Part shown: in pieces, positions 29,569 through 41,098 of the stretch | Numbering within the stretch: position 1 is the first letter of the stretch | How the letters are laid out: the number at the start of each line of letters is the position of its first letter | Assembly (NCBI GenBank): GCA_041685495.1 | Contig: JAWLFR010000003.1 | Coordinates: 5,470 to 69,469 of the forward strand | Origin: Bacteroidales bacterium | Lineage (GTDB): Bacteria > Bacteroidota > Bacteroidia > Bacteroidales > VadinHA17 | Reading direction: 5' to 3' | Length of the DNA stretch: 64,000 bases | Notes under the pieces: generated by a model | Databases searched by the model: none | What the model was told of the DNA's origin: nothing | What the model saw: the letters and a program-made list of their open reading frames with translations, nothing else | Translations under genes and position numbers: made by a program

Positions 29569-31026
29569 CTAATCCACATTATCATTCAGATATGCATTAT
29601 CATCTCTGAGTGAGGGTTCATCATCATCATCATCGGACAGGGTGAATTTAGAAACTTCAGACCTTCCCTTTCCCTTTTCGTTATCAAGTTTCACCTTTTT
29701 CCTTATAAAGGCAGGTACATCTTCAAACTGATCAACATTTTCATTCATAGTCTTATTGGACATCCCCTCCTTCTTCAACAGGTTCTGCATATGCTTTATC
29801 TTCCTGAGTGTGCCGTCGCCCCGCTCTTCCTGTTTTTCTTCTCCTCTATCGCTGGCCACCATATCAAACTCAAGCTTTTTCTGTGCCTCATCTTCATAAT
29901 CATCAAGCACTCCTGATTTCCTTGTCCTGACCTTTATGCCCACCTGTTCATCCTCATTTCTTTTTTGCCTCTCATTAGTACTGACCTGTCCTGTCTCAAG
30001 GTTAATCTTCTCTGTTTTTGAAGATGACCTGTATGGCTCAAGCACGCTGTTTGGCTCAAAGCCGGTGGCAATGACCGTTACGCAAATGCGGTCACCCAGA
30101 CTCTCATCTTTTGACAGGCCTCTTATTATCAAGGCATCACCGGAAGCCACATCATACACATAGTCTGTTATCTCTCCCAGCTCGTCCATTGTAAGCTCAT
30201 GATCTCCTACCCCGGTGGAGATATTCAGGAGTATACTCCTGGCCCCATGTATATCGTTGGAATTAAGCAATGGTGATGATATGGCTTCTTCTATGGCCAC
30301 TGCGGCCCTGTCTTCACCCGCAGAAGAGCCTGTTCCCATCACTGCAGCACCGGAATCATGCATAACTGTTTCCACATCAGCAAAATCAACATTAATATAT
30401 CCTGCTACGGTAATTATTTCGGCTATCCCCTTTACGGCCATAGTAAGCACATCATCTGCTTTTGCAAAAGCTGTTGATACAGGCTGGTCACCGAATATCT
30501 CCCTCAGTTTCTCATTATTAATCACCAGGAGCGAATCGACATGGTCCTTCAATTCATTGATCCCATCCACTGCATTCTTTATTCTTATCTTCCCTTCCGA
30601 CTTAAAGGGTATGGTCACTACGGCTATTGTCAGTAAACCCGCCTCCTTGCATGCTTTTGCTATAACCGGTGCTGCACCGGTGCCTGTACCTCCTCCCATA
30701 CCTGTGGTAATAAACACCATCCGTGTGTTGCCACCCAGTGCTTTCAGAACCTGCTCAACATTTTCCTCCGCGGCCCTTCTGCCTATCTCAGGCTTGCTGC
30801 CCGCACCCCTTCCTTCGGTCAGGTCCTCGCCTATCTGCACCTTAACCGGTATACGGCTTTCTGCCAGGGCCTGTGCATCGGTATTACAGACAACAAAATT
30901 AACATCCGTAATACCTTCATTATACATATGGTTCACCGCATTATTACCACCGCCGCCTATCCCCAGCACTTTAATTATTGAGGACCGCTCAACAGGCAAA
31001 TCAAAATTTATTAATTCGTCAGACAT
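29569..31026 (-). CDS. ftsZ: Cell division GTPase FtsZ
   Basis: 485 aa. Contains the GGGTGTG tubulin signature, NTDAQAL, and a long acidic linker with a conserved C-terminal peptide (DVPAFIRKK). Confidence 0.95.
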   Translation of the reverse strand: MSDELINFDLPVERSSIIKVLGIGGGGNNAVNHMYNEGITDVNFVVCNTDAQALAESRIPVKVQIGEDLTEGRGAGSKPEIGRRAAEENVEQVLKALGGNTRMVFITTGMGGGTGTGAAPVIAKACKEAGLLTIAVVTIPFKSEGKIRIKNAVDGINELKDHVDSLLVINNEKLREIFGDQPVSTAFAKADDVLTMAVKGIAEIITVAGYINVDFADVETVMHDSGAAVMGTGSSAGEDRAAVAIEEAISSPLLNSNDIHGARSILLNISTGVGDHELTMDELGEITDYVYDVASGDALIIRGLSKDESLGDRICVTVIATGFEPNSVLEPYRSSSKTEKINLETGQVSTNERQKRNEDEQVGIKVRTRKSGVLDDYEDEAQKKLEFDMVASDRGEEKQEERGDGTLRKIKHMQNLLKKEGMSNKTMNENVDQFEDVPAFIRKKVKLDNEKGKGRSEVSKFTLSDDDDDEPSLRDDNAYLNDNVD

Positions 31027-31074
31027 GGCTATCTATGTTTAATAATCAATATTTTCAATATACCGGCAAATAAT

Positions 31075-32427
31075 TTACCGGGTTATATCCTGGTCTTCTG
31101 TCTCAAACATCTTACTGAGGCTTTTCTTAAATTTTTCAGCCCAGCTCAGTTTTCCGTCAGATTCATCCAGCATACCGCTCTCTGCACCGGCTTCCTTTCT
31201 CTTCTCAGCTTCTTCCTGCTCTTCAATCATATCGGCTTTTTCACCGGCATTAAAATTGCTCTTATATGTCTCAAGATAATCGAAGCCCCTCATTATCAGG
31301 CCAACACTTGTTGAAAACATAGGCTGGTTTATCTCCTCCCTGGAATCTCCCGACAGGTGCTCATTGGGTAATCCCACTCTCACATCCATGGCGGTCTTGA
31401 ACCTGACCAGCTGGGGCAGGTGCTTGAGCATTGCTCCTCCTCCTGTCAGCACAACACCTGCCGATATCTTATCAGCATAGCCTGATGACTGTATCTCAAA
31501 ATTCACTGCGTCAATTATTTCTTCCATTCTCGACTGTATGATATAAGCCAGGCTCTTAAAGGATATTTCTTTAGGCTCACGTCCGCTTATGCCCGGAACG
31601 GAAACAACCTTATCGTCAGGAGCAATATCACCCAGTGCTGACCCATACTGCACCTTCAGCTGTTCTGCATAACGCTGCAGTATGGAACATCCTTCCTTGA
31701 TGTCACGTGTAACAACATTTCCGCCAAAGGGTATTACAGCGGTATGGCGGATGATATTATCATAATATACCGCCACATCGGTTGTTCCCCCTCCGATATC
31801 AACGAGTATCACACCTGCCTCCTTTTCATCATTGGTAAGCACGGCATCGGATGATGCCAGCGGCTCAAGTATCAGGTCCTTAACCTTGAGTCCCGACTTC
31901 CTGATACATTTCTCGATATTTTTGGCGGAGGCTACCTGGCCTATCACTATATGGAAGTTAGCCTCCAGCCTCTTACCGCACATACCGATGGGATTCTTCA
32001 CACCTGTCTCGTTATCAACGATAAAATTCTGTGGAATAACATGTATTATCTCCTCACCTATTTCTATGGGTATCTTATGCATGTCCTGGGTAAGATTGAA
32101 CACATCTTCCTTTTTTATTTCATCATCAACGGAATCGCGGTTAATATAGCCCCTGCTTTTCATGCTTTTTATATGCTGTCCGGCTATCCCGACAAAGACA
32201 TCGGTAAAGACTATCCCGGATCGCTGCTGCACATCCGCAACTGTGCTCTCAATGGCGCTTACGGTCTCCTCAATATTGAGTACCACCCCCCTTTTAACAC
32301 CGTTGGAAGGAGCCTTGCTCAGTCCGAGAATTTCAATTTTCCCGTTCTGGTTAATCTTTCCGACGATGGAAACAATTTTTGTTGTTCCAATGTCAATTGC
32401 TGCTACATACTGTTCATTACTGTTCAT
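31075..32427 (-). CDS. ftsA: Cell division protein FtsA
   Basis: 450 aa with an actin-like ATPase fold (AAIDIGTTKIV, VDIGGGTTDVAVY, VLTGGGAML). Confidence 0.95.
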   Translation of the reverse strand: MNSNEQYVAAIDIGTTKIVSIVGKINQNGKIEILGLSKAPSNGVKRGVVLNIEETVSAIESTVADVQQRSGIVFTDVFVGIAGQHIKSMKSRGYINRDSVDDEIKKEDVFNLTQDMHKIPIEIGEEIIHVIPQNFIVDNETGVKNPIGMCGKRLEANFHIVIGQVASAKNIEKCIRKSGLKVKDLILEPLASSDAVLTNDEKEAGVILVDIGGGTTDVAVYYDNIIRHTAVIPFGGNVVTRDIKEGCSILQRYAEQLKVQYGSALGDIAPDDKVVSVPGISGREPKEISFKSLAYIIQSRMEEIIDAVNFEIQSSGYADKISAGVVLTGGGAMLKHLPQLVRFKTAMDVRVGLPNEHLSGDSREEINQPMFSTSVGLIMRGFDYLETYKSNFNAGEKADMIEEQEEAEKRKEAGAESGMLDESDGKLSWAEKFKKSLSKMFETEDQDITR

Positions 32428-32466
32428 AATTTATTCAATATGATATGGTTTAACTATAGTTTATTT

Positions 32467-33243
32467 TCATTTTTTCCTGCATACAAGTTGTCCCTTATAC
32501 CGCATATCTATTTCCTTATAACGATCCCACCCGGCTGAAGGCAGGGTCTTCCTGTAAAAGGTGCCCAGCACAGTGAATTTCGATTCATAATTGCCAGGTC
32601 TGCCAAATTTAACTATATGGTCGCCTACCCTGGGAACCAGTTCTATCTCACCCTTTTTATCAATATATAGCTGTTCCACCTGTCTCTTCCAGAATTCATT
32701 ACTGTTTATATATTCAGCTATACTGTATACCTGTCTTATCATCATATCCTGGTCCTGTTCCAGTATGCTCTCTCCCAGAATACATTCATCCGGCACCTCA
32801 ATATTGCCTGACACAACAAGCATACGAGGGGTGTACGCATTGCTGTGGGGTATCACAAAGCCATAATTATCGATATAATAATTATTGCCCCAGGCCGTGA
32901 TAATCCTCATCAAAGGATCTCGCTGATCGGCCTCAATATGTATGGCACCATCGGCAGTCAGATACACTTCCAGGGATTCAAGTTCAGGCAGAGAGGACAG
33001 CATTTGTTCTATCCTTTCAGTATCAATACTCTTCAGCCGCGAGCCCAGCAGTTCCGGCTCTCCATCCTGCACCAGGGTAAGCAGCCTGCCCGGCGTAACA
33101 AACTTATATTTTACTGAATCGGTAATGCTTATCCTGATATCACTGCAGGGCTGATCATATACCTTGCCTGATATGAATGATGGCATTATAATCATATAAA
33201 CCACCAGGGGCAACCACCATATTTTTTTTATCACTCGCATCAC
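32467..33243 (-). CDS. ftsQ: Cell division protein FtsQ (POTRA-containing)
   Basis: 258 aa with a single N-terminal TM helix. It sits between murC and ftsA, and its start overlaps the murC stop. Confidence 0.7.
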   Translation of the reverse strand: MMRVIKKIWWLPLVVYMIIMPSFISGKVYDQPCSDIRISITDSVKYKFVTPGRLLTLVQDGEPELLGSRLKSIDTERIEQMLSSLPELESLEVYLTADGAIHIEADQRDPLMRIITAWGNNYYIDNYGFVIPHSNAYTPRMLVVSGNIEVPDECILGESILEQDQDMMIRQVYSIAEYINSNEFWKRQVEQLYIDKKGEIELVPRVGDHIVKFGRPGNYESKFTVLGTFYRKTLPSAGWDRYKEIDMRYKGQLVCRKK

Positions 33244-34619
33244 ATCCTTCTTTTTAGCATATTTTCAATGGGCCCGACAAGCCTGTCTATATCCCCGGCA
33301 CCCATAGTCAGAAGCACTTCAATATCCATGTCTTCAAGAAGCTCCGGCACCTCTTGCTTTCCGGCCATCTGTTTATGTTTCAGGTTCATCATTTCGTATA
33401 TCATCCCGGATTCAACACCTTTAATCGGCTCTTCCCGGGCCGGGTATACGGGAAGCAGCACAGCCCTGTCCAGCTTATCCAGTGCAGCGGCAAAAGCAGC
33501 GGCATGATCCCGGGTCCTTGTATACAGGTGCGGCTGAAATATCCCTGTTATTTTCCTGTTGCCGTAAAATTCCCTGACAGACTCAATACAATATTTCAGC
33601 TCTTCGGGATGATGCGCATAGTCGTCTATATAAATAATACTGTCGCTGCTTATACGCAGATCAAACCTCCTTGCCACACCTTTATAATAGAGCAGGGCCT
33701 TCCTTATATCATCATCTGATGCCCCGGCCAGCTGTGCCAGGGCCACGGCACCCGTTGCATTCTCAATATTCATTTTGCCCGGGACCAGCAGGCTGATATC
33801 CTTTATAACACCCTCCGGACCATGGATATGGAAGCGATAAGCCCCATCAGTCACAGTAATATCAGACGGGTAATAATCCGAGCTGTCACTGAAGCCATAG
33901 GTATATGACCTGATGCCTCCGGGTATCCGCAGTCTCCCGGCAATTTTCTCATTGATAATTATTATCCCGCCGTCTCTTATATTACCGGTAAACTCCTGGT
34001 ATGCCCCAACCATACTTTTATGATCGCCATACACATCCAGGTGGTCAGCATCGAGTGATGTTATAAGGGCCATCTCAGGGTACAGATGAAGGAAGGACCT
34101 GTCAAATTCATCGGCTTCCATCACCGTGATAGCGCCGGTGCCTGTCAGCAGGTTAGTATTATAGTTTTTAGATATACCTCCCAGGAAAGCTGAACAGTCT
34201 GTTTCCGATTGTTTCAGAAGATGGGCCGCAAGAGTGGAGACAGATGTTTTGCCATGTGTGCCCGCAACTGCTATCGACCGTGTATTCTTTGATATCACAC
34301 CCAGTATCTCAGACCTTTTATGCATCTTATATCCACCTGAGCGGAAATAATTAAGTATACTGTTATCCCCCGGGATGGCAGGAGTATAAACGATAAGGCT
34401 TCTCTCCCTGTCAAGATATCTTCGCGGCACTTCATCCGGATCATCCTTAAATATCAGATCCATGCCCTCGGAGGTCAGGCTCCCTGTTAGCGGCGATTCT
34501 GTTCTGTCATAGCCTCCCACAGTGAAGCCGCCGGCAGCAAAATACCTGGCCAGGGCACTCATTCCTATGCCCCCGATTCCGATGAACCATACATTTGATA
34601 TTTTACTTAAATCCTTCAT
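33240..34619 (-). CDS. murC: UDP-N-acetylmuramate--L-alanine ligase
   Basis: 459 aa. Contains FIGIGGIGMSALA and AVAGTHGKTS (P-loop), and has the Mur ligase C-terminal domain. Confidence 0.9.
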   Translation of the reverse strand: MKDLSKISNVWFIGIGGIGMSALARYFAAGGFTVGGYDRTESPLTGSLTSEGMDLIFKDDPDEVPRRYLDRERSLIVYTPAIPGDNSILNYFRSGGYKMHKRSEILGVISKNTRSIAVAGTHGKTSVSTLAAHLLKQSETDCSAFLGGISKNYNTNLLTGTGAITVMEADEFDRSFLHLYPEMALITSLDADHLDVYGDHKSMVGAYQEFTGNIRDGGIIIINEKIAGRLRIPGGIRSYTYGFSDSSDYYPSDITVTDGAYRFHIHGPEGVIKDISLLVPGKMNIENATGAVALAQLAGASDDDIRKALLYYKGVARRFDLRISSDSIIYIDDYAHHPEELKYCIESVREFYGNRKITGIFQPHLYTRTRDHAAAFAAALDKLDRAVLLPVYPAREEPIKGVESGMIYEMMNLKHKQMAGKQEVPELLEDMDIEVLLTMGAGDIDRLVGPIENMLKRRM

Positions 34620-35725
34620 TCCGCCAGTTTCAATATTTCTCCTGCAATCACCTTATCCGCATCAGGCAACGCCATGTCAGCTATATTAGCTGAAAGGCTT
34701 CTTCGCTTTTCATGGTCCTCCACCAGTTCTGTTATGGCAGCCGTAAGCTTATCCACCGATTCACTGTCCTTTATCATTATTGCTGCATTATTTCTTACCA
34801 GCGCCATGGCATTCTTTGTTTGATGATCGTCAGCTACATTGGGTGATGGTATGAGGATCACGGGCTTAGCCACAACACTCAGTTCGGATATTGTTCCGGC
34901 CCCTGCACGTGAGACCACTATGTCAGCAGCCGCAAAGGCAAGGTCCATACGGTCTATAAAGCTATACACATGCACAAGGGAGCAAGCCTGTTTACTGCAA
35001 ATATCTTTCATGCTGTCGTAATAATATTTACCAGTCTGCCATATCACCTGCACCTTCTTACGCTCAAACTCATCCAGGCCTGCAGCTATACTTTCATTAA
35101 TTGTACGGCTGCCACCCGAGCCACCCAGAACAAGGACCACAGGCCGGCTGTGATCAAGACCGAAATATTCAAATGCCTCAGTCCTGTTCTTCCCAGGTGA
35201 ACCCAGGTCTTTCCTTATGGGATTACCGGTAAGCAGTATCTTGTCTGCCGGGAAATATTTATCCATATCCTCCCAGGCCACACATATCCTGTCTGCCCGC
35301 TTTGCCAGCAGTTTGTTTGTAAGCCCGGCATAGCTGTTCTGTTCCTGTATCAGCGTTGGTAACCCTCTTCTCCCTGCTATCCACAGCAGCGGACCGCTGG
35401 CATATCCCCCCACACCAACCACAACATCAGGTTTAAAGGAAGATATTATCCTGCCGGCTATCCTGAGGCTTCTGACCAGCTTAATAATGACGGTGATATT
35501 TTTAAGGCTTAGCTTACGCTCAAACCCTGCCACAGGCAGCCCGCTTATTTCATATCCGGCCTGCGGAACTTTTTCCATCTCGAGCCTGCCCAGTGCACCC
35601 ACAAAATGTACGGCAATATCACTGTCAATGCTTTTTAATGCATTGGCAACAGATATTGCAGGGAAGACATGTCCTCCCGTACCTCCACCGCTTATTATAA
35701 CTCTTTTACTCATCTGCAGTCTCAT
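34616..35725 (-). CDS. murG: Undecaprenyldiphospho-muramoylpentapeptide beta-N-acetylglucosaminyltransferase
   Basis: 369 aa. Contains ISGGGTGGHVFPA, GGYASGP, and SRAGAGTISE followed by the HQTKNA motif. Confidence 0.9.
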   Translation of the reverse strand: MRLQMSKRVIISGGGTGGHVFPAISVANALKSIDSDIAVHFVGALGRLEMEKVPQAGYEISGLPVAGFERKLSLKNITVIIKLVRSLRIAGRIISSFKPDVVVGVGGYASGPLLWIAGRRGLPTLIQEQNSYAGLTNKLLAKRADRICVAWEDMDKYFPADKILLTGNPIRKDLGSPGKNRTEAFEYFGLDHSRPVVLVLGGSGGSRTINESIAAGLDEFERKKVQVIWQTGKYYYDSMKDICSKQACSLVHVYSFIDRMDLAFAAADIVVSRAGAGTISELSVVAKPVILIPSPNVADDHQTKNAMALVRNNAAIMIKDSESVDKLTAAITELVEDHEKRRSLSANIADMALPDADKVIAGEILKLAE

Positions 35726-36917
35726 ATATTAACCCGTCACCGGGATCTTCCATTTCATTATCATTCGATTCAACTGTTTCACTCTTGGCCCTGACCATAC
35801 GGCTGACAGCAAGGATAACACCCAGTGAAAAGCTTGAAACAACCATTGATGTCCTGCCCCAGCTTATCATCGGCAGTGTCTGACCGGTAACAGGTATCAG
35901 TCCGACTGCCACCGACATATTAACCATGGCCTGTGTAACCAGCATCACCGTAAGCCCCAGAACCAGGTAGGCCGGAAATCCAGTCTCACATTTACGTGCA
36001 ATGGCTATCCCCCTGAACAACAGTATAAGGTAAATAAACAGTACCGGCAGGGCACCGAAAAGCAGGCCGTATTCTTCTATTATTATCGCGAAAATAAAGT
36101 CTGAATTAGACTGGGGTAACATATTTCTCTGGACACTGTTTCCGGGGGCCTTTCCAATAAGACCGCCTGTTGCTATGGCTATCTTGGCCTGGTTGGACTG
36201 GTAATCGCCATCCCTGTCATCTTCTCCGGATACAAAATTCTCAATCCTGCTTTTCCATACCGACACCCTGTTATTATCTGTTACCAGGTCAAGCAGCAGG
36301 GCAAATAATATTATTGCTGCCAGTGCCATCCCAAGCCATGCAAAGAGAAACTTAACAGGTACCCTGCCAATAAACATTATTATCAGTGCAACGCCGAATA
36401 TCATCACAGCTGTGGAAAGGTTCTCCGGCATTATCAGTGCACAAACAATAGCCAGCGGGACTATCATCACCCTTGTCATATATTTGAAATCATGCAGGTT
36501 ATGCTGGTTTCTTGACAGCATGCGTGCAATATATATTACCAGTGCCACCTTGGCCAGGTCTGAAGTCTGTATCATAAAGTTTGTACCCGGTATCATTATC
36601 CATCTTGATGCCTCATTTATCCTTACAGGGAAAAGAAGTGTAAGGACAAGCAGTATTATGGCCACGAAAAGACCAAAGCCAGCCAGTGATGAATAGACTT
36701 TATAGGGAAGGTGCTGGGTAACGGTAATAATGAAAAGGCAGAATACCAGCATCATGCCATGCGACTTAAGGAAGAAGGTAGTGTCTCCCCCGTGGCTTGA
36801 AAAGGCCAGGCTTACAGACGAGCTGTAAACTGCAAGCAGCGAGTAGAACATAAAGACCACTATCAGTCCCCATACCACCCTGTCGCCTTTAAATAAGCCA
36901 CCTAGCACTGTTTTCAT
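35706..36917 (-). CDS. ftsW: FtsW/RodA/SpoVE-family peptidoglycan glycosyltransferase (FtsW)
   Basis: 403 aa, polytopic SEDS protein (PQSNSDFIFAIIIEEYG motif), in the dcw position. Confidence 0.85.
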   Translation of the reverse strand: MKTVLGGLFKGDRVVWGLIVVFMFYSLLAVYSSSVSLAFSSHGGDTTFFLKSHGMMLVFCLFIITVTQHLPYKVYSSLAGFGLFVAIILLVLTLLFPVRINEASRWIMIPGTNFMIQTSDLAKVALVIYIARMLSRNQHNLHDFKYMTRVMIVPLAIVCALIMPENLSTAVMIFGVALIIMFIGRVPVKFLFAWLGMALAAIILFALLLDLVTDNNRVSVWKSRIENFVSGEDDRDGDYQSNQAKIAIATGGLIGKAPGNSVQRNMLPQSNSDFIFAIIIEEYGLLFGALPVLFIYLILLFRGIAIARKCETGFPAYLVLGLTVMLVTQAMVNMSVAVGLIPVTGQTLPMISWGRTSMVVSSFSLGVILAVSRMVRAKSETVESNDNEMEDPGDGLIYETADE

Positions 36918-37026
36918 AACTTACTATATAATTTCCGTATTATCATTCACTCTCTTTATCTTATTATCTCTCTTCACTTTGTCGCTTTACACCCTGCATA
37001 TTATATTAATTTCATAAACCCGCATA

Positions 37027-38367
37027 CTATAAATTCCTTACTGCCTCTTTAAACTGCCTGCCCCTGTCTTCATAGCTTTCAAAAAGATCAAAGCTTGCAC
37101 AGGCAGGTGAAAGCAGTACTGTATCACCGGTGGACGCCAGGTAATAAGCTGATTTAACAGCCTCGGCCATTGACTTTGTTTCTATTATTGTGGGTACCCT
37201 CCCTTTAAAAGCATCCATAATCTTTCTGTTATCCTTACCCAGGCATACTATTGCTTTTACCTTTTGTTCCGCAAGATCATATAACTCACTGTAATCATTG
37301 CCCTTGTCTATACCTCCTGCAATCCATACCACCTTTTTTGCCATACATTCAAGGGCATACCATGATGAATTTACATTGGTAGCTTTTGAATCATTAATAA
37401 AATTAATGCCATGCACCTCAATAACTGTTTCAAGCCGGTGTTCCACGCCCTGGAAGTCAGACAGGCTCTCACGTATGGTTTCCTTCCGTATATTAAGTAT
37501 TTTGCCTGCGACGGCCGCAGCCATCGAATTATAGGTATTATGAAGGCCTTTAAGAGCAAGATCGTGAATAGTCATAATTTCTTCAGTTTTATTATCGATT
37601 GAAAGTATGATAGTATCATTATCAATAAAAGCAGCCATGCCCTCTGTCCTTTCGGATGAGAAAGGCAGCAGCCTTGACGGTGGAGACCTGTCATACAGCT
37701 CTTTACTGATAACAGGGTCTCCGGCCCAGTATACCAGGTAATCTTCGGCTGTCTGGTTATTTATTATCCTGAATTTGGAATCAATATATTTCTGATAGTC
37801 ATTATCATACCTGTCGAGGTGATCCGGTGTAATATTCATTAAAACGGCAATGTCGGCCCTGAAATCATACATCCCATCAAGCTGGAAGCTGCTCAGTTCA
37901 ATTACATAGTAATCATAATCGCCCTCAGCTACCTGCCGGGCAAAAGAATTACCAACATTACCCGCAAGGGCAGCTTTCAGACCGGCATTCCTAAGTATAG
38001 CATATATAAGATGTGCCGTAGTTGTTTTACCGTTGCTGCCGGTAATACATATCTTCCTGGCTTCTGTATACATGCCGGCAAATTCAATCTCCGATATAAC
38101 CTTCACGCCAGCCTCAAGTAGGTCAGCTACAGGGTATTTATTATCGGGGATACCCGGACTCTTAACTGCCAGTTCTGCCGTCAGCAGTTTATCCAGGCTA
38201 TGTGTCCCTTCTTCAAAATCAATATTATGTGCACTGAGTTCCTGGCGGTACCTGTCTTTAATAACAGCATTATCAGATACGAATACCTCGTATCCCTTAG
38301 CTGCAGCCAGTATTGCTGTTCCTGTACCGCTTTCGCCTGCTCCCAGTATGGCTATTATCTTACTCAA
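37027..38367 (-). CDS. murD: UDP-N-acetylmuramoylalanine--D-glutamate ligase
   Basis: 446 aa. Contains ILGAGESGTG and ITGSNGKTTT, and has the Mur ligase domains. Confidence 0.9.
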   Translation of the reverse strand: MSKIIAILGAGESGTGTAILAAAKGYEVFVSDNAVIKDRYRQELSAHNIDFEEGTHSLDKLLTAELAVKSPGIPDNKYPVADLLEAGVKVISEIEFAGMYTEARKICITGSNGKTTTAHLIYAILRNAGLKAALAGNVGNSFARQVAEGDYDYYVIELSSFQLDGMYDFRADIAVLMNITPDHLDRYDNDYQKYIDSKFRIINNQTAEDYLVYWAGDPVISKELYDRSPPSRLLPFSSERTEGMAAFIDNDTIILSIDNKTEEIMTIHDLALKGLHNTYNSMAAAVAGKILNIRKETIRESLSDFQGVEHRLETVIEVHGINFINDSKATNVNSSWYALECMAKKVVWIAGGIDKGNDYSELYDLAEQKVKAIVCLGKDNRKIMDAFKGRVPTIIETKSMAEAVKSAYYLASTGDTVLLSPACASFDLFESYEDRGRQFKEAVRNL

Positions 38368-39624
38368 TTACCTGATTTTTAATGTTACAACGCTTAATAC
38401 AGCAAGCATTATGGCCACTATCCAGAACCTTGTCACTATCTTGGGTTCCGGAAACCCTTTCATCTGGTAATGATGATGAAGGGGTGCCATAAGAAAAATA
38501 CGCCTGCCCTTTCCTGTTCTTTTCCTTGTTCGCCTGAACCAGCCTACCTGTATCATCACAGACAGGCTTTCTGCCAGGAAAATACCGCAAAGTATCGGTA
38601 TCAGCAGCTCTTTTCTTATCACTACCGCAAAAACAGCAATAATACCACCTATGGCCAGACTGCCTGTATCGCCCATAAAAACCTGCGCGGGGTATGAATT
38701 GTACCACAAAAAGCCTATTGTGGCTCCTATAAAGGCACTGGCAAATATCACCAGCTCGCCTGTATAGGGTATATACATAATATTAAGGTAGTCGGCATAA
38801 ATAATATTACCCGATACATAAGCCAGCACTCCCAGGGTAACACCTATTATTGAGGATGTCCCGGTAGCAAGCCCATCCAGTCCGTCCGTCAGGTTGGCAC
38901 CATTCGATACTGCGGTAACAATAAATATTATAACTATTACAAAAACTATCCATCCTATGGTCTGCTTGTTTTCTCCCTTAACAAAAGGGACCAGCCATGA
39001 GTAGTCAAACTCGTTATTTTTCACGAAGGGAATAGTTGTTATAGTGCTCTTTATATCTCTGGCTACCAGCGTGTCTGACTGAGTTGTTATGCCCGTCTCA
39101 AGGAATTCTGAAGAATGAATTTCACCAAGATCTGTAAGAGTGGTGATTTCACGTACCACAGCCTGTTCGCTGAACAACAGTGTAACACCCACTATCAGTC
39201 CGAGTATTACCTGTCCCAGTATCTTAAACCTGCCTGCCAGTCCTTTTTTATTCTTCCTGAATATTTTTATGTAATCATCAACAAAGCCTATCAGTCCCAG
39301 CCAGAATGTTGTCACAAGCATCAGTATCACATATATATTATCCAGGCGGGCAAAAAACAGGGTAGGTATTATTATGGAAGCCAGTATTATCAGTCCTCCC
39401 ATTGACGGTGTTCCTTCCTTTTTATACTGTTCATCAAGTCCCAGTTCACGCACCACCTCTCCGGCTTGCTTGCGCTGCAGAAAATTGATAATCTTCTTAC
39501 CCAGGATGAGGGATATCAGCAGCGAGGTAATAACAGCTGCAGCTGAACGAAAAGAGATATATTCAAACACCCCCGCCCCTGGGATATTTAATGACTCAAG
39601 ATATTTAAATAGGTAATAAAACAT
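38368..39624 (-). CDS. mraY: Phospho-N-acetylmuramoyl-pentapeptide transferase
   Basis: 418 aa. Contains [26 protein letters not shown] and MGDTGSLA motifs. Confidence 0.95.
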   Translation of the reverse strand: MFYYLFKYLESLNIPGAGVFEYISFRSAAAVITSLLISLILGKKIINFLQRKQAGEVVRELGLDEQYKKEGTPSMGGLIILASIIIPTLFFARLDNIYVILMLVTTFWLGLIGFVDDYIKIFRKNKKGLAGRFKILGQVILGLIVGVTLLFSEQAVVREITTLTDLGEIHSSEFLETGITTQSDTLVARDIKSTITTIPFVKNNEFDYSWLVPFVKGENKQTIGWIVFVIVIIFIVTAVSNGANLTDGLDGLATGTSSIIGVTLGVLAYVSGNIIYADYLNIMYIPYTGELVIFASAFIGATIGFLWYNSYPAQVFMGDTGSLAIGGIIAVFAVVIRKELLIPILCGIFLAESLSVMIQVGWFRRTRKRTGKGRRIFLMAPLHHHYQMKGFPEPKIVTRFWIVAIMLAVLSVVTLKIR

Positions 39625-39634
39625 TATCCCTGTT

Positions 39635-41098
39635 TTAGTTTGCTGACATAAACATTTTCCTTAATTCTTCCCTGTCGTCGAAATGATGCCTCTTCCCCTT
39701 CACTTCCTGGTATGTCTCATGGCCTTTTCCGGCAACAAGTATTATATCATCCCTGGCTGCTATCATGGTAGCGCTGCGTATGGCTTCTCTTCTGTCAGTT
39801 ATCCGGAGAACCCGGGATCTCTTATCAACCGGCACTCCCCCCATCATATCCTCAATGATCTTTTCAGGATCTTCAGACCTGGGATTATCGGATGTCAGTA
39901 TAAGCCGGTCACTATTTTCAGCAGCTATCCTTGCCATTACCGGCCGCTTTGACCTGTCGCGGTCGCCCCCGGCACCAACAACTGTTATCAGCCTGTTTCC
40001 CGGTATCCTGATATTATTTATGGCTGAGAGCACATTTTCCAGCGCATCAGGTGTATGGGCATAGTCAACTATTGCTGTTATTCCAGTATCTGACCTTACA
40101 ACCTCAAATCTTCCCGGCACAGGTTTAAGCCTGCTTATACCGGCAAGTGCCTCCAGCCGGTCCTGTCCGAGCAGGTCGGCAGCAGAAGCAACGGCCAGCA
40201 GGTTATAAGCATTGAACTCTCCGATAAAGACAGTCCATAACTCATCATTACCAAACTGTATATTCATCCCGTCAAACCTGTGCTCAATAATCCTGCACCT
40301 GTAATCGGCCACTGTCTTCATTGAGTAAGTATATTTTGCCGCCCTGCAGTTCTGGAGCATAAACCCGGCATTTCGGTCGTCAGCGTTGACCAGCGCTATG
40401 GAATCAGCCTGCAGACTGTCAAAAAATTCTTTTTTTGCTGCCAGGTATCCGTCAAAACTACCATGGTAATCAAGGTGATCATGTGTTATATTGGTAAATA
40501 TGCCCATGCTGAATCTCAGTCCCGCCGTCCTTTTCTGCACTATGGCATGTGAGCTGACCTCCATAAAGGCAAACTCGCAGCCGGCATCTGACATCTGCCT
40601 TAATAAGCTGTTTATACTGAGGGGGTCGGGTGTTGTAAGCGTGGCCCTGGTCTCCTTTCCTGCAACCCTGTTTACCACTGTCGATAAAAGTCCTGCCTTA
40701 TAGCCCAGGGCAGTAAAAAGATCATACAGCAGGCTTACCGTTGTTGTTTTACCGTTTGTGCCCGTAACACCGACAAGCTTCAGTTCCTCCGAAGGCTTAT
40801 CGTAAAAATTAGAAGCACATAAGCCCAGGGCATACGATGAATCTTTTACCTTTATCCAGCAGACACCTGGATTGGCATCTGCAGGTACGTACTCACATAA
40901 TACAGCCGTGGCACCAAGCCGTATGGCGTCAGGAATATACTTATGACCATCAGTCACCGTCCCTTTAACAGCGATAAAAAGGCTGTTTCCCACTACCTTT
41001 CGCGAATCAAAACTTATATCTTCAATGATAATATTATCCACGGGCAGTGTTGCCGTATATACTACTCCTGCTAATATGTCTGCCAGTTTCTTCATCAA
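39635..41098 (-). CDS. murE: UDP-N-acetylmuramoyl-L-alanyl-D-glutamate--2,6-diaminopimelate ligase
   Basis: 487 aa. Contains [12 protein letters not shown], a DNPR motif ([10 protein letters not shown]) and GKGHE. Confidence 0.9.
   Translation of the reverse strand: MMKKLADILAGVVYTATLPVDNIIIEDISFDSRKVVGNSLFIAVKGTVTDGHKYIPDAIRLGATAVLCEYVPADANPGVCWIKVKDSSYALGLCASNFYDKPSEELKLVGVTGTNGKTTTVSLLYDLFTALGYKAGLLSTVVNRVAGKETRATLTTPDPLSINSLLRQMSDAGCEFAFMEVSSHAIVQKRTAGLRFSMGIFTNITHDHLDYHGSFDGYLAAKKEFFDSLQADSIALVNADDRNAGFMLQNCRAAKYTYSMKTVADYRCRIIEHRFDGMNIQFGNDELWTVFIGEFNAYNLLAVASAADLLGQDRLEALAGISRLKPVPGRFEVVRSDTGITAIVDYAHTPDALENVLSAINNIRIPGNRLITVVGAGGDRDRSKRPVMARIAAENSDRLILTSDNPRSEDPEKIIEDMMGGVPVDKRSRVLRITDRREAIRSATMIAARDDIILVAGKGHETYQEVKGKRHHFDDREELRKMFMSAN

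Noticed and set aside
30215-31042. A 275-aa ORF on the plus strand, antisense to the N-terminal half of ftsZ.
   Set aside because: It lies entirely inside a strongly supported gene on the other strand. Its translation is low-complexity (Ala/Pro/Ser/Thr-rich), as expected from reading a Gly/Ala/Thr-rich gene backwards. It has no motif, promoter or independent support.
36918-37026. The 109-nt gap inside the otherwise tightly packed dcw cluster as a possible hidden small gene.
   Set aside because: The only minus-strand ATG-initiated frame there is about 11 codons (MQGVKRQSEER) and has no supporting features. The gap is more likely an internal promoter or spacer.
38360-38707. A 115-aa alternative-frame ORF overlapping the 3' end of mraY. 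Similar short ORFs lie inside valS, murE, ftsI, trkH and the histidine kinases.
   Set aside because: All are nested in or antisense to long conserved genes and have no family signatures. I treated them as ORF-caller noise.
39625-39634. The absence of murF between murE and mraY as a possible deletion or pseudogenisation.
   Set aside because: murE and mraY are only 10 nt apart with no gene remnant. The murF-less dcw cluster is, to my knowledge, the standard Bacteroidota layout.
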